Shown here: one piece after another, positions 45,635 through 55,485 of the stretch
Layout of the letters: each line of letters begins with the position of its first letter
How positions within the stretch are numbered: position 1 is the first letter of the stretch
Origin: Pseudomonadota bacterium
GTDB taxonomy: Bacteria; Myxococcota_A; UBA9042
Direction of reading: 5' to 3'
Length of the DNA stretch: 59,353 nucleotides
Assembly (NCBI GenBank): GCA_005777155.1
Contig: SXNM01000318.1
Location: forward strand, 1-59,353
Position numbers and translations under genes: made by a program
The notes under the pieces: model-generated
What the model saw: the letters and a program-made list of their open reading frames with translations, nothing else
The model's database searches: none
What the model was told of the DNA's origin: nothing

Positions 45635-47440
45635 ATGGAGACGAAGCGCAACTGGAAGGCCTGGCTGACGATCGCGCTGGCCGTGATCGCGGTCCTGCAG
45701 GTGCTCCCGAGCCTGATGCCGATGCCTGAGTTCTACACGGCGATCTTCGATCGCCAGGTCAATCTCGGCCTAGACCTCAAGGGCGGCCTGGAGTTGAAGT
45801 ACACCGTCGACTTCAAGCGCGCCATCGCCGACAACACACGCAAGCTCAAAGAGGCCCTGCGTGAGCGCTTGATCGATGCCGCGGCCAAGAAGAGCGGCAA
45901 GGATGGCGCGGCGATGGCGGCGGCGGACCGCGAGGCCATCGCCAAGCGCTTCACCGTCACCCACACCGCCTACAACGCGCTGGAGGTCGCCTTCCAGGAC
46001 GCCGCGGACGCCGCGCTGCTCGACAAAGAGCTGATGCAGAGCCTGGATAGCCGTTTCGAGCTTCGCGCTGGCGATGGCAAGGTCGGCTTGTTCCTGCCTG
46101 ACACGGCGGTCGTCGCGTTGAAGGCGGAGATCGTCGAGCAGACCCTCGCCGTCGTCCGCAAGCGCGTCGACGCGTTTGGGCTTGTCGAGCCTGACGTGCG
46201 CCGCAGCGGCGACGCCGACATCGACATACAGTTGCCGGGCCTGAACGAGCGCCAGATGAAGCTCGTGCGCGAGAAGATCGGCCAGGCGGCGCAGCTCTCG
46301 TTCCGCATGGTGGTGCCTGAAGCCAAGGTGTTCGCCGACAAGAAGGCTGCGGTTGACGCCTACAAGGCCGAGAACCCGGACCAGGTCAAGACGCTTGAGT
46401 GGGGCCAGGACGGCCGCGGAGCGTACCTAAAGAGCGAAAAGAAGTCGGAGATTCTCGGCTTCCTCACGACGGTGACCGTGCCGGACAATGTCATGATCGG
46501 CTACGAGCACGTGGTCGAGAAAGAGCCAGACTCGGGCCAGGTGCGTGAGACCTACTGGCGTACCTACGACCTGCAGGCGTTGGCGCCGTTGACTGGCGAC
46601 AACTTGACCAGAGCGGCGGTGAGCTATGGCGACAAGGGCGAGCCGGTCGTCAATCTCGAGTTCGACGCCCGCGGCGCCAAGATCTTCGCCGACGTCAGCG
46701 GCGCCAACGTCGGAAATCTGATGGCGATTATGCTCGACGGCGACGTCTCCAGTGCGCCCTCTCTTCGCGAGCAGATCACCGGCGGTCGGGCCCAGATCAC
46801 GCTCGGCGGCGGCCGCTCGGCTGTGCAGCAGATGGAGGAGGCGCGAGCCCTGGTGACCGTGCTCAACAACGGTGCCTACAAGGCGCCAGTCATCAAGGTG
46901 CACGACGTTGAGGTCGGTCCGAGCCTTGGCCGGGACGCGGTCAACTCCGGCTTGCTCAGCATCATCCTGGGCTTCGTCCTCGCCGCGCTGTCGATGGCCT
47001 GGTACTACCGCCAGGGCGGCCTGATCGCCATCGTCGGCTTGGTGTTCAACCTAGTGCTGATCATGGCGGCTCTGGTCGCCTTCAACGCGGCGCTCACGCT
47101 GCCGGGCATGGCCGGCATCGTCCTGACCGTGGGCATGGCATTGGACGCCAACATTCTCATCTTCGAGCGCATCCGCGAGGAGATTCGCAATGGACGCACG
47201 GTCCGCAATGCCCTCGATCTAGGCTACGACAAGGCGTTCTGGTCGATCTTCGACTCGCAGATCACCACCGCCATCGGTGGCTTCGTCCTGATGCAGTTTT
47301 CGACGGGTCCGGTCTACGGCTTTGCGGTGACCCTGCTCATCGGCATCGCTTGCTCGATGTTCACGAGCATCGTCGTCACGCGCATGATCTACGGCTACCT
47401 AGTCGAAACCGGCAAAATCACTAACGAGATCTCGATCTGA
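45635..47440 (+). CDS. secD: Protein translocase subunit SecD
   Basis: 601 aa. LGLDLKGG, a large periplasmic domain and a C-terminal 6-TM domain (GMAGIVLTVGMALDANILIFERIREE). Confidence 0.95.
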   Translation: METKRNWKAWLTIALAVIAVLQVLPSLMPMPEFYTAIFDRQVNLGLDLKGGLELKYTVDFKRAIADNTRKLKEALRERLIDAAAKKSGKDGAAMAAADREAIAKRFTVTHTAYNALEVAFQDAADAALLDKELMQSLDSRFELRAGDGKVGLFLPDTAVVALKAEIVEQTLAVVRKRVDAFGLVEPDVRRSGDADIDIQLPGLNERQMKLVREKIGQAAQLSFRMVVPEAKVFADKKAAVDAYKAENPDQVKTLEWGQDGRGAYLKSEKKSEILGFLTTVTVPDNVMIGYEHVVEKEPDSGQVRETYWRTYDLQALAPLTGDNLTRAAVSYGDKGEPVVNLEFDARGAKIFADVSGANVGNLMAIMLDGDVSSAPSLREQITGGRAQITLGGGRSAVQQMEEARALVTVLNNGAYKAPVIKVHDVEVGPSLGRDAVNSGLLSIILGFVLAALSMAWYYRQGGLIAIVGLVFNLVLIMAALVAFNAALTLPGMAGIVLTVGMALDANILIFERIREEIRNGRTVRNALDLGYDKAFWSIFDSQITTAIGGFVLMQFSTGPVYGFAVTLLIGIACSMFTSIVVTRMIYGYLVETGKITNEISI

Positions 47441-47510
47441 GGCCCTGCACTCGGGCGCGTCGGTCGAGGCGCGGTCCTCGCTGACCCTCGCTGACCCTGG
47501 AGACCTTCCT

Positions 47511-48887
47511 ATGTCGAAACCCTTCCGCGAGTTCTTTCCGCCCGGCCGCGTCTACGACTTTGTCGGTGCCAGCCGAATCTTTGGGGCCTTCTCCGCCGCC
47601 GTCGTGCTGATCTCGCTGGTGTCGCTGGCGATCCTCGGGTTCAACCGGGGCATCGACTTCAAGGGCGGCACCAAGATCATCGTGTCGTTCAAGGAGGACT
47701 CGGCGGTAAGCCGTGACGCCCTGCGCTCGCTGCTCGATGGCTTCATCAAGAAGGCGACCGGCAGCGCCGGCGACTCCGGTCAGATCGAGGTCCAGGAATT
47801 CAGCACGGGAACGGCTAGATCGTCAGATGGTAAAGATTTTCTTCTCCTTACCGAGCTGACGTCGCTGGTGACCCAGGCGCAAAAGGACAAGGTGCTCGCG
47901 GCGCTCGGCGCGGCCTTCGCCGGCGCTCGGCTCGAGTCGGCGACCCAAGGCGAAGACGTCTTCTACGTCGCCTTGCCTGCCCTGGCCAACGTCGACGAAA
48001 CCTATAAGAAGCTCGAGAAGCTGTTCGCAGACAACGGCTTCCCCAGCATCAAGACCTACAGCGAGGTGCAGCGCCAGCTTGAGATCAACAACTTCCGGAC
48101 CTTGCAGATGGTCGCGGAAGAAGACGGCGAGCTGACACCAGAGGCCCTTGCGGAGCGCGAGCAGGCGCAGGCAGCCCAGTTGGTCGAGGAGCTGAAGAAG
48201 CGGACTGACGATCAGTTCACGATCAAGGTCGAGGAGTTTAAGGCAAAGCTGACCGGCGAAATGAAGACGCAGTTCGGCGCAGAGTTCCTCGCTGTACGCG
48301 AGGCGACCATCATCAGCCCCGCAGTGGCGAGCGACCTGCTCAACCAGGGCCTCGTCGCCATCCTCTACGCGCTGATCGGCATCGTCGTCTACATCGCGCT
48401 TCGCTTCGACATGCGCTTCGCGCCCGGTGCGATCGTGGCCTTGAGCCATGACGTGATCATCGTCATCGGCTGCTTCTCCTTGGCTCAGGTCAAGTTCACG
48501 ATGCCCATCATCGCCGCAATCCTCACCATCGCGGGCTACTCGATCAACGACACCATCGTGGTCTTCGATCGCATCCGTGAGCTAATTGAGAAGTACCCGA
48601 AGGCCAAGATGGTCGACATCGTCAACAACGCCGTCAGCCAAACGCTGTCGCGGACAATCTTGACCTCGGTGACGACCCAGATGGCGGTCATCGCGATCTT
48701 CTTGCTCGGCGGCGGTCTGATCCGCGACTTTGCCTTCGCGATGACCGTCGGTCTCATCGTTGGCACGTACTCGTCGATCTTCATCGCCAGTCCAATCTTC
48801 CTCTGGACGGACCGGCAGTTTGAGCGTCGGCGTGCCGCCGCGCGCGCCACGGGCGACGCTCAGGCAGTGGCGCGCACCGACCTGTAA
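47511..48887 (+). CDS. secF: Protein translocase subunit SecF (long form)
   Basis: NRGIDFKGGT and the C-terminal TM domain IAGYSINDTIVVFDRIRE. 458 aa. Confidence 0.93.
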   Translation: MSKPFREFFPPGRVYDFVGASRIFGAFSAAVVLISLVSLAILGFNRGIDFKGGTKIIVSFKEDSAVSRDALRSLLDGFIKKATGSAGDSGQIEVQEFSTGTARSSDGKDFLLLTELTSLVTQAQKDKVLAALGAAFAGARLESATQGEDVFYVALPALANVDETYKKLEKLFADNGFPSIKTYSEVQRQLEINNFRTLQMVAEEDGELTPEALAEREQAQAAQLVEELKKRTDDQFTIKVEEFKAKLTGEMKTQFGAEFLAVREATIISPAVASDLLNQGLVAILYALIGIVVYIALRFDMRFAPGAIVALSHDVIIVIGCFSLAQVKFTMPIIAAILTIAGYSINDTIVVFDRIRELIEKYPKAKMVDIVNNAVSQTLSRTILTSVTTQMAVIAIFLLGGGLIRDFAFAMTVGLIVGTYSSIFIASPIFLWTDRQFERRRAAARATGDAQAVARTDL

Positions 48888-48901
48888 GCCGCGAGGCACT
48901 T

Positions 48902-48935
48902 AGAGACGCGAACAGCGAGCGCCGTTCGCGTCTCT
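48902..48935 (+). terminator. Strong hairpin after secF
   Basis: AGAGACGCGAAC-(10 nt)-GTTCGCGTCTCT, a 12-bp perfect stem 15 nt after the stop. No clear U tract. Confidence 0.45.
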
Positions 48936-49072
48936 GGCCGGCTGGTTCTTGGCAGATCGGCGCCTCCTCGCTGCAAGAGGGGGTCAATTTGCGGCCTTCC
49001 CCAACCAGAGCCTGGCCCGATATGGCGCCCACGACGCCCAGTCGGGAGTGTCTCTAGCGTAGCGAGGCGGAC

Positions 49073-50818
49073 ATGCGCGCCGGGCTGCCGTGGGAGTTGC
49101 AACCTGTCGATGAGGCCGCGGTCGCCGCGCTCTCACATGGGCTGGGTTGCAGCCTGCTGCTCTCTCGCTTGGTCTGGCTGCGCGGCCACCGAGACCTTGA
49201 GTCGGCCCAGGCCTTTTTGCGCCCGAACTTGGCAACCCTGCGAGATCCGTACCAGATGCGCGACGCCGAGGTCGGCGCGGCACGCCTGGCGCGCGCGGTC
49301 ATGGCGAGCGAGCATGTCTGCATCTACGGTGACTACGACGTCGACGGGGTTACTGCTGCCGCGCTGTTGGCCTCTTTCCTCCACGCCGTAGGATGCCGAC
49401 CGCGCGTTTTTTTACCCGACCGATTCAAGGACGGCTACGGTCTGCAGGTCGACCGCATCGATGCTCTCTGCGACGCCGGTGTTGCGCTCTTCGTCAGCGT
49501 CGACTGCGGTAGCACGGCGTGTGAGGCCGTGGCGCGGGCCCGTCATCGGGGACGTGACTTCATCATCGTCGACCACCACCAGCTCGGTCTGGAGGAGCCG
49601 GCGGCGACGGCGCACCTCAACCCCCGGCGACCGGGCTGTGGCTTTGGCGACGAGCCGCTCTCAGCCGTGGGGGTGGCGATGGTCCTGGCGCAGGCCACCC
49701 GCCGGGCTCTGCTCGCCGCTGGTCACCTCGGCCGAGCATCGGGGCCCCAGCTGGGCGACCTTCTTGAGCTGACGGCGCTTGGCACGATCGCCGATATGGT
49801 GCCGCTGCGCGGCATGAACCGAGTCGTCACTTGGCACGGCCTGCGGCGGCTCGGGCAGTCCAGACGCCCTGGGGTGCAAGCCTTGGCAAAGCGGACCAAG
49901 CTAAGCAGCCGGGCGGTCAGCAGTGAGGCTGTGGGCTTTCTGCTTGCGCCGCGGATCAATGCCGCCGGGAGAGTCTCGGACGCGGGTCTCGCCTACGAAC
50001 TTCTGATGACCGAAGACCTAGCGCGGGCCGGTGATTTGGCTGATCAGATCGAGGTCGAGAACGCCAGACGGCAGGCCCTGCAGCGCGAAGTCGTCTCGGC
50101 GGCCGCGCTCGCCGCGGAGTCCTCACCGGGGCGAGAACACGCAGTGGTCGTCGCTGGCGACGGTTGGCATGCCGGTGTCCTTGGCATCGTAGCTGGCCGC
50201 ATCAAGGACGCGCTGCATGTGCCGACCTTTGTGCTTGGGGTCGAGGGCGACGTGGTCCGCGGCTCGGGGCGTTCGCCGACGGGGTATGACCTCGTGGAGG
50301 GGCTGCGCGCCATCGATGATGGCCTGCTGCTCCGCTATGGTGGCCACGCCCATGCGGCCGGCGTGACCCTTGCCACGGGTCAGCTCGATCGATTCCGCGC
50401 TGCACTCGCCGCTCACGTCGCCGCGACCTGGCCGCCGGAGGCGCGCACGCGGCCCCTTCGGCTCGACGCCCTCCTCGACGTGGCGACGCTCGACATGGCC
50501 CTGCTCGACGAGTTGGACCAACTTGAGCCCTGCGGTAGGGACAATCCGCGGCCTCAGTTCTTGCTGCCAGGCGTTGTCTTGGCCCACAGCAGCCGCGTTG
50601 GCGAAGGCGGCGCCTGGGTTCGTGCCCGCTTCGTCGAGGACTGCGACCGGCCGATGTGGGCGCGCCACGGCGTCGATGCCTTTGCCTCCGCCGACGTTTT
50701 AGGCGATCTGCGCCCGGGTGACCGGGTTGACGTCGCGACGCACCTGGAGCGCAACGTCTGGAACGAACGCGTCACGCTTCAAGCTAGCGTCGCCGCGGTG
50801 CGTGCCGCCGAGGCGTGA
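49073..50818 (+). CDS. recJ: Single-stranded-DNA-specific exonuclease RecJ
   Basis: 581 aa with DHH-family motifs (IYGDYDVDGVTAAALL, SVDCGS, IIVDHHQ) and GGHAHAAG (DHHA1). Confidence 0.95.
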   Translation: MRAGLPWELQPVDEAAVAALSHGLGCSLLLSRLVWLRGHRDLESAQAFLRPNLATLRDPYQMRDAEVGAARLARAVMASEHVCIYGDYDVDGVTAAALLASFLHAVGCRPRVFLPDRFKDGYGLQVDRIDALCDAGVALFVSVDCGSTACEAVARARHRGRDFIIVDHHQLGLEEPAATAHLNPRRPGCGFGDEPLSAVGVAMVLAQATRRALLAAGHLGRASGPQLGDLLELTALGTIADMVPLRGMNRVVTWHGLRRLGQSRRPGVQALAKRTKLSSRAVSSEAVGFLLAPRINAAGRVSDAGLAYELLMTEDLARAGDLADQIEVENARRQALQREVVSAAALAAESSPGREHAVVVAGDGWHAGVLGIVAGRIKDALHVPTFVLGVEGDVVRGSGRSPTGYDLVEGLRAIDDGLLLRYGGHAHAAGVTLATGQLDRFRAALAAHVAATWPPEARTRPLRLDALLDVATLDMALLDELDQLEPCGRDNPRPQFLLPGVVLAHSSRVGEGGAWVRARFVEDCDRPMWARHGVDAFASADVLGDLRPGDRVDVATHLERNVWNERVTLQASVAAVRAAEA

Positions 50819-51393
50819 CGGAGGAGCGGGGCCGCGCACGATCAGGCCGGCGCGTGCTCGGCCCGCGGCGTCTATCGCGACCGGGGGCCCTCGTTCCCGC
50901 GCTGCGGCTGCCAGGGAGCGCCGAGCGCCGCGCTCTGGACCCACGGAATCTGAAGTTCCGCTTTGCGGAGCCGATCTCACCGCGGCGTCGGCCGGCCCCC
51001 AGACTTCGCCGACGTCGCCAAGGGGGCAGCAGGCCGCGCGCCCAACACCATCGGGCACACCTCGCGGCATGATTGTCGCGTGTCTCGACCCTTGGCAGCC
51101 CGCGGACCGGCACACGCAGGAGGGGCACAGCTGCGCCCGGTTACTGACACCGAGCGCGCCACCACCTGGAACGCTGGCGCTGCTGGTTCGCCGTAGGTCA
51201 CCGAGCCGAGCCACGGCGGCAGGAGAGCGATGCTTTCGATGGTGTTCGAGAGACTGACAATTTGGCGGGGAGGGCGCCGAGTGGGGGATCTCGCTGGGAA
51301 CAGTGAGAAAAGGAAAGGCTCTGCGACCTGGGTGCGCCGAACCCCCACCGAACCGACGGCCAGCGACGCAGCCCAGCATCCCCGGTCATGGCG

Positions 51394-54096
51394 CTAGAAG
51401 GTGGCCCGCAGGCCAAAGCTCGGGATGATCGGTAGTCCGCTACCATAGACCGACTGGGTGGCGTCGAAGTTGTACTGGATGAACTCTGGGTTCTCGCGGT
51501 TCCAGACGTTTTGCACGTCGAGGTAGAGGTCCAGCAAAAAGCCATCGAACGCGAAGCGGCGGTCGACGCGGAGGTCGAGCTGGGCGAAGGCCGGCAGGCG
51601 GCGTGAGAACAGTTCGGCCGACTGGACGCGGGTATAGCTGTCTGTTTTTTCGTTGTAGATGGACGTGGCGAGGGGTGTGTAGGGGTTGCCAGATGTCAGC
51701 CGGAAGCGGAAGCCGGCCTCGAGGTCAAAGGGCAGCTTCCAAGTGCCGAGGGCAGTCAAGATGTGGGTCTGATCCCAGCCGAAGAGCCGCCACGGGCCAT
51801 CAGGGCGGTCTTGGCGCTCGGCGCGCTGCAGCGTATAGGCGAGCCACCCGAAGAATCGCCCCACCGGTTTGTGCCGCACCATCAGCTCCAAGCCGACGAT
51901 GCGCCCTTGCCCTGAGTTGCGGTAGATCGGGTCGGGGACAATGGCGTTGTTGGGCACGACGAGATCCCACTGGAGCTTGCCGAAGACCTGCGCGTCGACC
52001 TCTAGGGCCTCGCCGTCGGCCCACTCGACGCCGATCGCGCTCTCAAACGACTGCTGCGGCAGCAACGATGGTGTGCCGATGCCCTCGACCAGTTGTGGTG
52101 CCTGCGCCGGCTGGCTGGTGAGGCCGCTCGCCGCCTTGATGAGCCAATGCGGGTGCAGCCGCAGTCGGCCGTTGACTCGCGGCGAGACCGCTTCGCCTTG
52201 CCCCAAGCCGCGGTACAGGTCGAGGCGGACTCCAGGCACCACCTCTGCCGCGCCGAAGCGGAAGACAGCGTCGACCCAGGCGGCAGGCAAGACCTCGGCG
52301 CCTTCGAGCCGCAGGCCTTGGCTCGGGCCCGATGGCGGGTTGCCGCCCGACACGCCGCGCTCTCCGGAGAACGCGAACGCCGGCCCCACCAGGTCCACGG
52401 AGAACGGGCGATAGAAGAAGTCGAGGCCCGTCCGCAGCTGGACCGGCCCCTCGAAGATGCGCAGCTCCTCGCGCAGGGTCAGCTCAATGGCCTCGCCGCT
52501 TAGTTTCAAGGCGTCTCCGAGCGACGAGTCGAGCAACGGGCGCGTGGCGCCGACGGTGCTTCGGAAGGAGAGCCCTGGCCGATCGTGGCGCAAGGTGGCG
52601 ATCGCGGCGTGGAAACTTGACCGAGCGGTCAGGCCGCCTCGCGCTTCCGGAAAGGCAGCTGGCGGCTGCTCGAGCGTACCTTTGACGGCGTCGTCGGTGC
52701 CGAAGACGAAGACAGTGGCCGTCGTGCGGTCGGTGAACCGGTGGTCGAGCTTAACCTGGTAGTCCCAGTAGCGTGGCAGCTGAGTGAAGGGCAACGCGGC
52801 GCCGCTGGCGAACGCCGACAGCGCCAGCGGCAGTAGGGCGTCGATGTAAGATCTGCGGGCCGCGATCGCGAGGTGGGTGTTTTCGCCCAGCGGGCCACCG
52901 ACCAAGACGCCGGTGTGAAACACGTTGCTCTCAAGCGTCCCCGACCAGCGCGCGTCGGACTTGGGCAGAGCCAGCCTGGCCGCGAGCACGCCGCCCATCG
53001 CCCGACCGTACCGCAGCGGGTTGCCGCCTGGGGTAAAGTCGATGCCATCGAGGAGGTCGGTGTTGATGATCGAGTACAGGCCGCCGAAGTGGTAGAGCAC
53101 CTGGATTCGGACTCCCTCGACGAAGATGGCGGTGTCTTGGGGCGCCGAGCCGCGCACGACGGGAACGCCAGCCGCCTGGCGGGCGACGCCGGGCAAGTTC
53201 TGGATGACCTTGAAGCTGTCGCCATAGACGCCCGGGATCTTTTGGATCTCTTCCACGCCCAGCGATCGACGCGAGACCTCGCCTGGCTCCGGTGGCGCCG
53301 TCGCGGTAGCGCGATAGACGAGGTAGCTGCGGCGGGTGAGGGCGACCTCCACGGCGAGCGAGTTGCCGTCAGCGATGACGACGATCTGGCTGGCGCGGCG
53401 ATGGTCTGCTGGCTCGATTGCCAGGGTATGGCGCCCGGCAGGCAGGGGACCAAAGGCGAAGCGACCGTCGGCGTCGCTGGTCGTCTCGGCGGCGGCTCCG
53501 ATCGACGCTTGCAGGCCAGGAAATGCAACGAGCGCGCCGACGACTGGACGACGGGTGCCCCGCTCGACGAGGCGCCCCCGCAACGACACAAAGGTCATGG
53601 GCAATACCGCCGCGCCGCCGCGGTCGTATCGGCCCTGGCCCTGGGCGCGGCCGCGACGATCGATGCGGTCTTGCGGCTCAAAGACATAGCGGAATCGAAT
53701 GGCGACCGAGACGGGCTTGCCGGCCTGGGTCGCAGGCTTAAAGCGGAGCAGGCGGGCCGCTGTGAGCGCCGCGGCGTCAAAGTCGGGCCCAGCGGACTCA
53801 ATGACCTCAGCCTTCTGCACCGCGCCGGCGGCATCGACGACCAGTTGCAGCGTGACCGCCCCGCGCAGGCCACGCGCTAGCAGGTCACGAGGGTACTCCG
53901 CCGGCACAAACTGCAGCAGCTGCGGCGGCATGACCGGCGCTGGGGCCGGTGCGGTCAGCGCGACTTGTGCAAATTGCGCGACGCAGAGTCCAGCGACCAG
54001 CGCGAGGGCTCGCCTGCGGCCGCAACTCGCCGCCGCGCGGCTGCAGCGGCTCATGGCGGCGTACTTGGCCTCTCCCGGGCGCAGCGACGCAATCAC
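51394..54096 (-). CDS. TonB-dependent receptor-like outer-membrane protein with N-terminal TonB C-terminal domain and CarboxypepD_reg domain
   Basis: A signal peptide is followed by FVPAEYPRDLLARGLRGAVTLQLVVDAAGAVQKAEVIESAGPDFDAAALTAARLLRFKPATQAGKPV (TonB_C pattern). Next come GRLVERGTRRPVVGALV...DADGRFAFGPLPAGRHTL (carboxypeptidase-regulatory-like), then a plug (IPGVYGDSFKVIQNLPGV...VRGSAP) and a barrel ending ...GLRATF. ATG 54096 overlaps the upstream stop (ATGA). Confidence 0.82.
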   Translation of the reverse strand: MIASLRPGEAKYAAMSRCSRAAASCGRRRALALVAGLCVAQFAQVALTAPAPAPVMPPQLLQFVPAEYPRDLLARGLRGAVTLQLVVDAAGAVQKAEVIESAGPDFDAAALTAARLLRFKPATQAGKPVSVAIRFRYVFEPQDRIDRRGRAQGQGRYDRGGAAVLPMTFVSLRGRLVERGTRRPVVGALVAFPGLQASIGAAAETTSDADGRFAFGPLPAGRHTLAIEPADHRRASQIVVIADGNSLAVEVALTRRSYLVYRATATAPPEPGEVSRRSLGVEEIQKIPGVYGDSFKVIQNLPGVARQAAGVPVVRGSAPQDTAIFVEGVRIQVLYHFGGLYSIINTDLLDGIDFTPGGNPLRYGRAMGGVLAARLALPKSDARWSGTLESNVFHTGVLVGGPLGENTHLAIAARRSYIDALLPLALSAFASGAALPFTQLPRYWDYQVKLDHRFTDRTTATVFVFGTDDAVKGTLEQPPAAFPEARGGLTARSSFHAAIATLRHDRPGLSFRSTVGATRPLLDSSLGDALKLSGEAIELTLREELRIFEGPVQLRTGLDFFYRPFSVDLVGPAFAFSGERGVSGGNPPSGPSQGLRLEGAEVLPAAWVDAVFRFGAAEVVPGVRLDLYRGLGQGEAVSPRVNGRLRLHPHWLIKAASGLTSQPAQAPQLVEGIGTPSLLPQQSFESAIGVEWADGEALEVDAQVFGKLQWDLVVPNNAIVPDPIYRNSGQGRIVGLELMVRHKPVGRFFGWLAYTLQRAERQDRPDGPWRLFGWDQTHILTALGTWKLPFDLEAGFRFRLTSGNPYTPLATSIYNEKTDSYTRVQSAELFSRRLPAFAQLDLRVDRRFAFDGFLLDLYLDVQNVWNRENPEFIQYNFDATQSVYGSGLPIIPSFGLRATF

Positions 54097-54470
54097 GGCT
54101 CGTCGGCCGCCAGGCGCTTCACAAGCGCTTTGGGCGCCACAGCGCGGTAGCTCTCACACATCCAGTCGCGCAGCAGGTCCTCTGGGACCTCTCCCGGCTC
54201 CTCGAACCTCGCCGAGATCCAGCCGCTGCGCCCTAGGCCATAGCCCGTCGGCTTGGCCCAAGGCTGGCTGGTCGCGGCCGCCGCCGACAGTGGGAGCTTG
54301 ACGGTGAAGAAGAAGCCCCGATCGCTGGTGCCGAGCAGGCCGAACATCTTGCCCTTGACCTTCAGCGCGCGCTCACCCCAAGGGAAGTCCTCGTGGGTCT
54401 CGGGCCAGCTGAGGCCGAGCTCGCGGAGAGTCAGCTCGATGGGCCAAGGAGGTGCGGGCTCAAAGCTCAC
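54093..54470 (-). CDS. MmcQ/YjbR family protein
   Basis: 125 aa. LSWPETHEDFPWGERALKVKGKMFGLL...FFFTVKLP... follows the YjbR-like pattern. Confidence 0.75.
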   Translation of the reverse strand: MSFEPAPPWPIELTLRELGLSWPETHEDFPWGERALKVKGKMFGLLGTSDRGFFFTVKLPLSAAAATSQPWAKPTGYGLGRSGWISARFEEPGEVPEDLLRDWMCESYRAVAPKALVKRLAADEP

Positions 54471-54732
54471 GGCGTCCTCACCGCGGCAGTCGTCGGCCGC
54501 CGCCTGACGCTAGCAGCGGCCCTGGGCCGCAACAAGGGCGCCTGCATCGCGGCGCTCCGACGGGCTCTCGCGGCGACAGGCGTTGGCGGCGTGGCCGCGC
54601 CCGAGTCACCGGTAGGCGTTGCGGGCCCACTCCGCGCCCTCACCCACTGGGCCGGCGTAGCGGAAGTTCTTGGTCTGGCGCGTGAAAGCCGCGAGGCCCC
54701 TCTCGCCTCACCTGGCGAGCGGCTCCAGAGGC

Positions 54733-54761
54733 TTGACAGGCGCTTGATAATCAACTATCAC
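54733..54761 (+). promoter_or_regulatory. Sigma70-like promoter with overlapping Fur-family (Zur/Fur-type) box 1
   Basis: TTGACA (54733-54738), 17 nt, TATCAC (54756-54761). Box TGATAATCAACTATCA (54745-54760) is the inverted repeat TGATA-N6-TATCA. AT-rich island in GC-rich DNA. Lies in the divergent region between the MmcQ-TBDR operon and the lipoprotein gene. Confidence 0.55.
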
Positions 54762-54810
54762 TAGCGGCGCTGACGCAGATCTCCTCGCCAGCGGCCCGAT
54801 GGAGGTTCCG

Positions 54811-55356
54811 ATGCCCGCGACGCCCGCACTGGCGCATTTTCAATCGTCTCGGCGACGACCGCTCGCCGAACAGCGCGGGCGCGTCGCCTTTGCGCTCTCA
54901 GGCTTGGTCTGGCTGTTCTCCGGCTGTGACTCGCACGATACGGATGAGCACGATCCGCTCGCGGAGGCCTGTGAGCACTTGGCGGACGGCCCAGCCAAGG
55001 CCTTGCAGGCCGGCGCCGACGACGCGAGCGCCGTGGACGGCAGCGCCATCCACATGCGCATGGACCTCTCGTTGGTCGACTACGCCGGAGCCAAAGGCGG
55101 CGTCGTCAAGCTCGCGATCGCCGAGGCAGGCGACTGGATGGTGCTGCTGTCCGAGGATGTGACGCTGAGCGTGGCGAGCCCGAGCGGCGCCGCGATCGCG
55201 CCCAAGGCGAGCCAGCCAGGCGGCGGTACATGCCCGTCCGCCAAGGTCATCCACACCTATTCGCTCGGTGTGGGCGCCCACTTGCTGCGCTTTGGCCCGG
55301 GGCCGGGCGCTTCGGTCAACGTCGTCGTTGAGGCGGCCGCTGACTCTGACCATTGA
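54811..55356 (+). CDS. Hypothetical lipoprotein with His/Asp-rich N-terminus
   Basis: ATG 54811 is preceded by GGAGG (5 nt). Lipobox LFSGC is followed by DSHDTDEHD. Confidence 0.55.
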   Translation: MPATPALAHFQSSRRRPLAEQRGRVAFALSGLVWLFSGCDSHDTDEHDPLAEACEHLADGPAKALQAGADDASAVDGSAIHMRMDLSLVDYAGAKGGVVKLAIAEAGDWMVLLSEDVTLSVASPSGAAIAPKASQPGGGTCPSAKVIHTYSLGVGAHLLRFGPGPGASVNVVVEAAADSDH

Positions 55357-55485
55357 GGCTGTTGAAGCGGCGCCTTGCCGATGGGCGAAGCCATCTCGGC
55401 TGTGGTATGGCGGCGCCGTGGCGACTGAGCCGCTGCACCTGAGCCGTTGCGGCCCAGGCGCGCGGTCTTCGGCAGGAGGCAAGAC

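Noticed and set aside
51181-51393. Possible RNase P, SRP or tmRNA gene in the recJ/TBDR spacer
   Set aside because: Conserved cores (GAGGAAAGUCCGG for RNase P, GGAAGCAGCCA-type domain IV for SRP, the tRNA-like ends of tmRNA) are absent. Only generic complementary arms are present.
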